This document shows positions 58,483 through 64,000 of a stretch of 64,000 nt of DNA, piece after piece. Made by a program: the position numbers and the translations under genes. Source of the stretch: an uncultured Ignavibacteria bacterium (GTDB taxonomy: Bacteria; Bacteroidota; Ignavibacteria; Ch128b); the NCBI GenBank assembly GCA_937944105.1, contig CALDZP010000034.1, forward strand, positions 111,372-175,371, given 5' to 3'. The notes beneath the pieces were generated by a model that was given only the letters and a program-made list of their open reading frames with translations, was not told the DNA's origin and did not search any database. Every line of letters begins with the position of its first letter. The first letter of the stretch is position 1.

Positions 58483-60090
58483 ATGAATTTCGATAAAGAT
58501 TTGCAATCAATTCAAGAAGTAAGAGACCTTTGCAAAAGAGCAAAAGAAGCTCAGCTTGAGTTTAAATATTACACTCAATCCCAAATTGATAAAATTGTAA
58601 AAGCCATGGCTGATGCTGCTTATGATGCACGAGAAAAACTTGCAAAAATGGCAGTTGAAGAAACAGGGTTTGGAAATGTACAGGATAAAATCACAAAAAA
58701 TATTTTTGGTTCGAAGTTTGTTTATGAATCCATAAAAGATTTAAAGACGGTTGGTGTTGTCAATGTTTATGAAAATGGGAAGATCGTTGAAATTGCAGAG
58801 CCAATGGGAGTAGTTGCGGCATTAATTCCATCTACCAATCCAACTTCAACAATGATTTATAAAGCATTAATTTCAGTTAAAGCAAGGAATTCGATTGTTG
58901 CAGCTCCGCATCCGGCTGCTGCAAAGTGTACATTAGAGACAGCTAAAATTCTCGAAGAAGCTGCAGTTAAAGAGGGTGCGCCGAGAGGTTTAATTAATTG
59001 TGTTTCTATTGCAACTCTGGAAGGTACAAATGAATTAATGCGTAATAAAAATGTGGCGATTATTTTGGCAACAGGAAGTTCTGTAATGGTGAAAGCAGCT
59101 TATAGTGCAGGAAAACCTGCTTATGGAGTTGGTCCTGGTAATGTTCCTGCTTTTATCGAGCGAACAGCTAATATAAAGAAAGCTGTTGCCGATATCTTCA
59201 CAGGTAAAACTTTTGATAACGGTACTTTATGTTCGTCAGAACAAGCAATCGTTTGTGATAGACCAATTCGTGAAAAAGTTATTGAAGAGTGTAAGAGAAA
59301 TGGAGGCTATTTTATTAATGCTGAAGAAAAGAAAATGCTTGAGGCTATCCTTGTAAAAGATGGCAGAATTAATCCTGAAATTGTTGGACGTTCAGCTCCA
59401 GTTATTGCGCAGAAAGCAGGATTTAATGTTCCTCCTAACACAAGAGTATTAATTTGTGAATTGAATTCAGTTGGCAAGCACGAACCATTATCTATGGAAA
59501 AACTATCTCCAATCCTTGCGTTTTATACTGAAGAAGGTTGGTTAAATGCTTGTCATCGTTGTATTGATATTCTCGAGTTTGGTGGAATAGGTCACACGCT
59601 GGTCATTCATTCAAATGATAAAGATATTATAATGAAATTTGCTCTTGAAAAACCAACATTTAGAATTCTTGTTAATACTGTTGCTGCCCTTGGTGCTGTT
59701 GGTTATACTACAGCACTTTATCCATCGATGACGCTCGGTCCTGGAACCTGGGGTGGATCAATTATCTCCGAAAATGTTACCGCAAAACATCTACTCAATT
59801 ATAAGAAACTTGCTTTTGAAACTAATCCAATGAATCCGGATTCTGGTTCGAGCTTAAATTCATTTGCTGGTGCAAGTTTTATTTCACATTCGCATTCGGA
59901 CAAACCATCAACTGGATGGATTCAAGAAATTGAAGAGAGAATGAGAATAAGAGCCGGTAATCCACCACTTAAGGAAGTCTATACTTATGAAAAAGGGAAA
60001 TATCCAACAAGTCAAAAATCATACACTTTTGGCTCAGGTATTACCGAAGAAGAGATAGAAAAAATAATTAAGGAATTTAGAAAGGGTTAA
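58483..60090 (+). CDS. acylating (CoA-dependent) aldehyde dehydrogenase, EutE/PduP-like, with a ~90-aa C-terminal extension
   Basis: LIPSTNPTST, catalytic Cys region FDNGTLCSSEQAIV, GGIGHT. I prefer the ATG at 58483 over the TTG at 58471. Confidence 0.85.
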   Translation: MNFDKDLQSIQEVRDLCKRAKEAQLEFKYYTQSQIDKIVKAMADAAYDAREKLAKMAVEETGFGNVQDKITKNIFGSKFVYESIKDLKTVGVVNVYENGKIVEIAEPMGVVAALIPSTNPTSTMIYKALISVKARNSIVAAPHPAAAKCTLETAKILEEAAVKEGAPRGLINCVSIATLEGTNELMRNKNVAIILATGSSVMVKAAYSAGKPAYGVGPGNVPAFIERTANIKKAVADIFTGKTFDNGTLCSSEQAIVCDRPIREKVIEECKRNGGYFINAEEKKMLEAILVKDGRINPEIVGRSAPVIAQKAGFNVPPNTRVLICELNSVGKHEPLSMEKLSPILAFYTEEGWLNACHRCIDILEFGGIGHTLVIHSNDKDIIMKFALEKPTFRILVNTVAALGAVGYTTALYPSMTLGPGTWGGSIISENVTAKHLLNYKKLAFETNPMNPDSGSSLNSFAGASFISHSHSDKPSTGWIQEIEERMRIRAGNPPLKEVYTYEKGKYPTSQKSYTFGSGITEEEIEKIIKEFRKG

Positions 60091-60270
60091 TAGTAAATCA
60101 TCTAAAAAGAGGCTTACTAAAAAAGAATTTTTTATCAACCTGTTTCAGATCATCAGTATCAGGTTTGACTTTTAGATTATAATTACAGATTTAGATTTTA
60201 AGGCAATTTCAGAATTAAACTTTTTGAGCTGCTACTTTATTTTTTTTATGATTAAAAAAAGATTTTGAGA

Positions 60271-61404
60271 ATGAATTCTCGTGAAAGAATTCTTGCAGCA
60301 ATGAATTTTGAGATTCCTGACCGTGTACCTGTTATGTGTCAGATGAGCATTGGCCATATGCTTCAACAATTACCCGATATCTCACCAGTTGAATTCTGGT
60401 TTGATGCACAAACTTTTGCCAATGGTTTAATTCAACTTAGAGAACTTTATGATTTTGATGGGATACTGGTAAGTCTTCACGGACATTTTAATAACTGGCG
60501 TGAACTTTATACTGACATTGAAAAATTTAATAATTGTGAGATAGTTTACCTTTCGGATAGAAAATTAGTCTTTACAAAAGATGACCTACCTTTTCCTGAG
60601 TTTTATGGATCTCGCTACTTCCCACCACTTGAAGATTTCGATCAAGAGAAACTACCTGATGAGATAGATTACATACCAGTTTCGGGAGGTTTACATTTTA
60701 AGATTGATCTTAAAAATAAGTTTGAAATTTTTGATTTAATATATGAGAAGGTTGGTGATGAATTTTCAATTCATGGGGAAATAACTTCACCATTTGATTA
60801 TTTACTTGATCTGTTTGGTTATGAAAATGCTCTTATGGCTTTGATCGAGAATCCAGATAAATGTAAGAGAATTTTACAAAAATTTACTGATGGGATAAAA
60901 AAATTAGCATCAGAGATGTGTGAACAAAAAGTTGATGCTATAAAAATTTCGTCACCGTTTGCTGGCTCTGGTTTTATATCTCCTCAATTCTATAAAGATT
61001 TCGTTTTACCTTTTGAATCACAAATCATAGAAGTAATTAAAAGTAAGGGCAAATTTGTGTACACGCACACTTGTGGAGCAATAAACGATAGATTGGAATT
61101 AATGATTGAATCGGGCACATCCGGTCTTGAATGTTTGGATCCAAAACCGTTAGGAGATGTGGACTTAATTGACGCAAAAAGGCGATTGGGTAAAAAAGTA
61201 TTTATTAAAGGTAATATCGATTCAGTTAATACTTTATTAAGAGGTGATGAATCTAAAATTGTAAATGATGTGAGGGAGATTATTGAAATTGGAAAAGAGG
61301 GAGGTGGATTTATTTTAAGTACAGCTTGCTCAATTGCTCCACTGGTTCCAAAAGAAAATGTTAAATTATTGAAATTGCTCGCTGAAGAATTCGGCAAATA
61401 TTAA
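60271..61404 (+). CDS. uroporphyrinogen-decarboxylase-family protein (MtaA/CmuA-like methyltransferase fold)
   Basis: MNSRERILAAMNFEIPDRVPV N-terminus and the C-terminal GGFILSTACSIAP pattern typical of the URO-D superfamily. ATG at 60271. Confidence 0.75.
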   Translation: MNSRERILAAMNFEIPDRVPVMCQMSIGHMLQQLPDISPVEFWFDAQTFANGLIQLRELYDFDGILVSLHGHFNNWRELYTDIEKFNNCEIVYLSDRKLVFTKDDLPFPEFYGSRYFPPLEDFDQEKLPDEIDYIPVSGGLHFKIDLKNKFEIFDLIYEKVGDEFSIHGEITSPFDYLLDLFGYENALMALIENPDKCKRILQKFTDGIKKLASEMCEQKVDAIKISSPFAGSGFISPQFYKDFVLPFESQIIEVIKSKGKFVYTHTCGAINDRLELMIESGTSGLECLDPKPLGDVDLIDAKRRLGKKVFIKGNIDSVNTLLRGDESKIVNDVREIIEIGKEGGGFILSTACSIAPLVPKENVKLLKLLAEEFGKY

Positions 61405-61548
61405 TTTTTTCATCTTTTCGAATAAAAATTTATTTGAGTGTAATAACTTTTTTATGAAGAGGATTTAATTAAATAACTTTGGAATGATTTAAACTTTAAA
61501 CTCCAGAAGATAATTAAATCGAATTTTTAATATTAACAAGGATTCAGA

Positions 61549-62352
61549 TTATTTAAGATAGTATCTGAATGAAATTAGATTTTGATTGTTGTTAGTCGTT
61601 AGGGCGAAATTAGAACTCTCTTTATGAATTTTTGGTATTGCATATCCGATTAAGCTTCCCACAAGTGCCCCAGCAATGATATCTGAAGGAAAATGTTTTC
61701 CAGAAAAATATCTTAATAACCCGACAGAACCTGCAAGAGAGAGTGAACCAATCCAGACATAATTATTTAATTTTTCATTTGATTTAGATTCTGAAAAAAC
61801 TGTAGAAAAAAATACTGCTGATGCAAAAGCAATTGAAGTATGTCCAGAGAAAAAAGATTTTTTGGTATCGGAATCTAATTTTTTGTCCATTGGAACAGAT
61901 GAGTTATAGGCATAAGGTCGAAATCTTTGTGTGAGATTCTTTGTTAAATTTGTTAGACCATTGGTTATCGCAATTGTTTCCAGATACATTATGCCAATAG
62001 TTTTTAAATCTGTTTGAGTTTCGTCAAAAAATAAAAATGTTAATGGCAAACTTAATGTCGAAACTAATAACACATCACTCACCAAACTTAAATCAGGTGA
62101 ATAATAATTAATTGCTGAGCGATCTATTTTATTAATTGAATTTTTATCAAGCGAATTAATTTCATTAAGTGATACATTATAATTCTTATTTATTAAAAGT
62201 GAGGTAATAGTAGAAATTCCACCTAAACTAAGCGTTATTAGTTCTTTCTCTGTAGAAAGTTTGAATTTACTTTGAGTATAAACAGGATTTATTAATATTG
62301 ATGACAAGAAAATGACTGAGATAATATGCTTAGTCAGATTATTTTTTTTCAT
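61549..62352 (-). CDS. PAP2-family phosphatase (membrane)
   Basis: Three PAP2 motifs: KNLTQRFRP, SGHTS, and R(x)5H(x)3D present as RYFSGKHFPSD. Confidence 0.85.
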   Translation of the reverse strand: MKKNNLTKHIISVIFLSSILINPVYTQSKFKLSTEKELITLSLGGISTITSLLINKNYNVSLNEINSLDKNSINKIDRSAINYYSPDLSLVSDVLLVSTLSLPLTFLFFDETQTDLKTIGIMYLETIAITNGLTNLTKNLTQRFRPYAYNSSVPMDKKLDSDTKKSFFSGHTSIAFASAVFFSTVFSESKSNEKLNNYVWIGSLSLAGSVGLLRYFSGKHFPSDIIAGALVGSLIGYAIPKIHKESSNFALTTNNNQNLISFRYYLK

Positions 62353-62497
62353 TTTTCAACCATTTTTTTTCAAAGATAATCATGTGAGATGAATGATAAA
62401 TTTTAATTTTAAAATAATTTTCAGACTGTTTGGATAAGTATGAACAATCTTTTATAATCATACCGAATTATATATTTTGAAATAAAAAGAATTATTT

Positions 62498-63271
62498 ATG
62501 GAGGATGTAATGAATATGAATGAAATTGTAAGTTGTGAAATTAAAGATAAAATCTGCACAATTAATTTTTTTAATCCCAAAGGAAATTCGTTATCAACAA
62601 TTCATCTTTTGAGACTTACCAAGGAGTTTAATGATATCAGTTACAATGATAATGTTAATGTTGTTGTTTTAAGGAGTAGTGGCGATGGAGCTTTTTGTGG
62701 TGGTGCTTCGATCGATGAATTATTGCAGATCGACAGGTTTGAAAAAGCCAAGGATTTCTTTTATACATTTGGAAAATTATTGCTTACTATAATTCGATGT
62801 CAGAAACCTGTGATTGCACGAGTCCATGGTAAAATTGTCGGTGGTGGTGTTGGGCTTGTAAGTTCTTGCGATTATGCCATTGCTACTAAAGATGCATCAA
62901 TTAGATTAAGTGAATTAACACTTGGTATTGGTCCTTTTGTTATCAGTCCATTTGTTATGAAGAAAATAGGAATGAGTGCTTTTGCATCTCTTTCACTTGA
63001 TACTCAATGGCGAGATGCAGAATGGGGAATGGCAAGTGGCTTATATTCTAAAGTGGTTAATTCAAAAGATGATCTTGATTCAGAAATTGAAAAGCTTTCG
63101 ATATCTCTTAGTAAAACCTCGATGAATTCAATTCAAAAATTAAAATCAATATTGTGGGAAGGAACAGACAATTTTGAAAGTTTGATTGACGAGCGATCTG
63201 AAATTAGTGCAAGATTAATACTTTCTGAAATTGCAAGTGGTCGATTACAGAAAATCTTAAGCAATGATTAA
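62498..63271 (+). CDS. enoyl-CoA hydratase/isomerase (crotonase) family protein
   Basis: NFFNPKGNSL, oxyanion-hole region GAFCGGASIDEL, VHGKIVGGGVGL. The start could be one of three nearby ATGs. Confidence 0.8.
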   Translation: MEDVMNMNEIVSCEIKDKICTINFFNPKGNSLSTIHLLRLTKEFNDISYNDNVNVVVLRSSGDGAFCGGASIDELLQIDRFEKAKDFFYTFGKLLLTIIRCQKPVIARVHGKIVGGGVGLVSSCDYAIATKDASIRLSELTLGIGPFVISPFVMKKIGMSAFASLSLDTQWRDAEWGMASGLYSKVVNSKDDLDSEIEKLSISLSKTSMNSIQKLKSILWEGTDNFESLIDERSEISARLILSEIASGRLQKILSND

Positions 63272-63288
63272 TTTTATTAAGTTTTAAT

Positions 63289-63783
63289 ATGAAATATTTT
63301 AATAATTGTACTCAATGGTTCGAATTTTTTTTGGTATTAGGCATAATTTTTTTGATCAGTTGTTCAGAAAGAAAAGAAAATCTTCCAAATAAAGTTGGTG
63401 AGTTAAATTTGGTCAAAACTCTTAGTGGTGATATTGCAAAAAATTATATTAATAAACTTCATTTTCAACCTGTCACTGAAAATGAAAATTTAATAGGCTT
63501 TTATGAAAATCTTTCCGGTAATGCAATAGTTTATGTAACTATTTACAAAAGTGACAAGGAAGCTCAAAGTGATTTTTATAAAATGACAAAAAAAATTTCA
63601 CCGGAAAATTCTGTTTTTATTTACCCTGAATTTTTTAATTATGAGAATAATAAAATTTACAAATGCTTTGGAATGGGAATGACTCACTTTGTCTTTAGCT
63701 TCAACAAAAAATTATACTGGATATCTGTTGATACACACTTAGCCAAATCTTTTTTTGAGAAATTCTATCAGGCAATTAAATAG
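63289..63783 (+). CDS. hypothetical lipoprotein
   Basis: Signal peptide with lipobox FLISC. 164 aa, no recognised motif. Confidence 0.55.
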   Translation: MKYFNNCTQWFEFFLVLGIIFLISCSERKENLPNKVGELNLVKTLSGDIAKNYINKLHFQPVTENENLIGFYENLSGNAIVYVTIYKSDKEAQSDFYKMTKKISPENSVFIYPEFFNYENNKIYKCFGMGMTHFVFSFNKKLYWISVDTHLAKSFFEKFYQAIK

Positions 63784-63804
63784 ACAAATCAACTAAGGTT
63801 CAAA

Positions 63805-64000
63805 ATGGAAAGAATGTTTTATATCACTCTGTTAAGAGCGTTTATATTTCTTTCTACGATCTTCATTATTCAATTTTATTTCGCAAAACGATTAAGAAAT
63901 TCATTGATCGAATTAAAATATTTTGGAAATAAAAAAAGATTAAACTTTGCTATTATCACCCCCATATTATTTTTCGACATTTTTCCTGTCTTTACAACAT
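63805..64000 (+). CDS. membrane protein, 3' end cut by window edge
   Basis: ATG at 63805. My own translation of the sequence stays open to nt 64000 (MERMFYITLLRAFIFLSTIFIIQFYFAKRLRN...IITPILFFDIFPVFTT) and shows two hydrophobic helices. It is absent from the ORF track because it is truncated. Confidence 0.45.
   Translation, partial: MERMFYITLLRAFIFLSTIFIIQFYFAKRLRNSLIELKYFGNKKRLNFAIITPILFFDIFPVFTT

Noticed and set aside
60990-61397. 135-aa antisense ORF inside the URO-D-family gene
   Set aside because: The plus-strand frame carries the family's N- and C-terminal motifs. The antisense product is Ser/Pro/Ile-rich with no motif.

Overview
This is an AT-rich bacterial chromosomal window. A T9SS C-terminal sorting domain and the general gene content suggest the FCB group, Ignavibacteria/Bacteroidota-like, but that placement is inference. 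No homology search was run; every call rests on motifs read from the supplied translations and on the nucleotide sequence. I support about 60 protein genes. I found no rRNA, tRNA, CRISPR array, transposase, integrase or recognisable defence gene, so most of the window looks like core genome. Landmarks: (a) dnaN-recF-DUF721(DciA-like)-gyrB-gyrA at 37.4-44.7 kb, with no dnaA next to it and a marked gene-strand switch at the 400-bp spacer upstream of dnaN. (b) Housekeeping genes: glyQS, pepT, lysA, groES, yggS, a DivIVA-domain protein and a purine nucleoside phosphorylase. (c) Redox genes: a tandem rhodanese, a tetraheme c554-like cytochrome, cytochrome P460, and a Cyc2-like monoheme cytochrome-porin fusion. 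(d) Two large multi-PAS histidine kinases. The most unusual locus is a tightly coupled minus-strand operon at 2255-10173: TPR protein, antiporter-like membrane protein, a 1509-aa fusion protein, and an MscS channel. The 1509-aa protein joins a cation/proton-antiporter-like membrane domain, a ~650-aa coiled coil, an ORC/Cdc6-type P-loop ATPase and a winged-helix-like tail. I do not recognise this architecture as a described system. The second oddity is an 830-bp non-coding gap (28090-28920) downstream of a groES that has no groEL. It holds a GC-rich 24-bp tandem repeat (7 full copies plus a partial one) and a 91-nt element closed by a perfect 15-bp inverted repeat.
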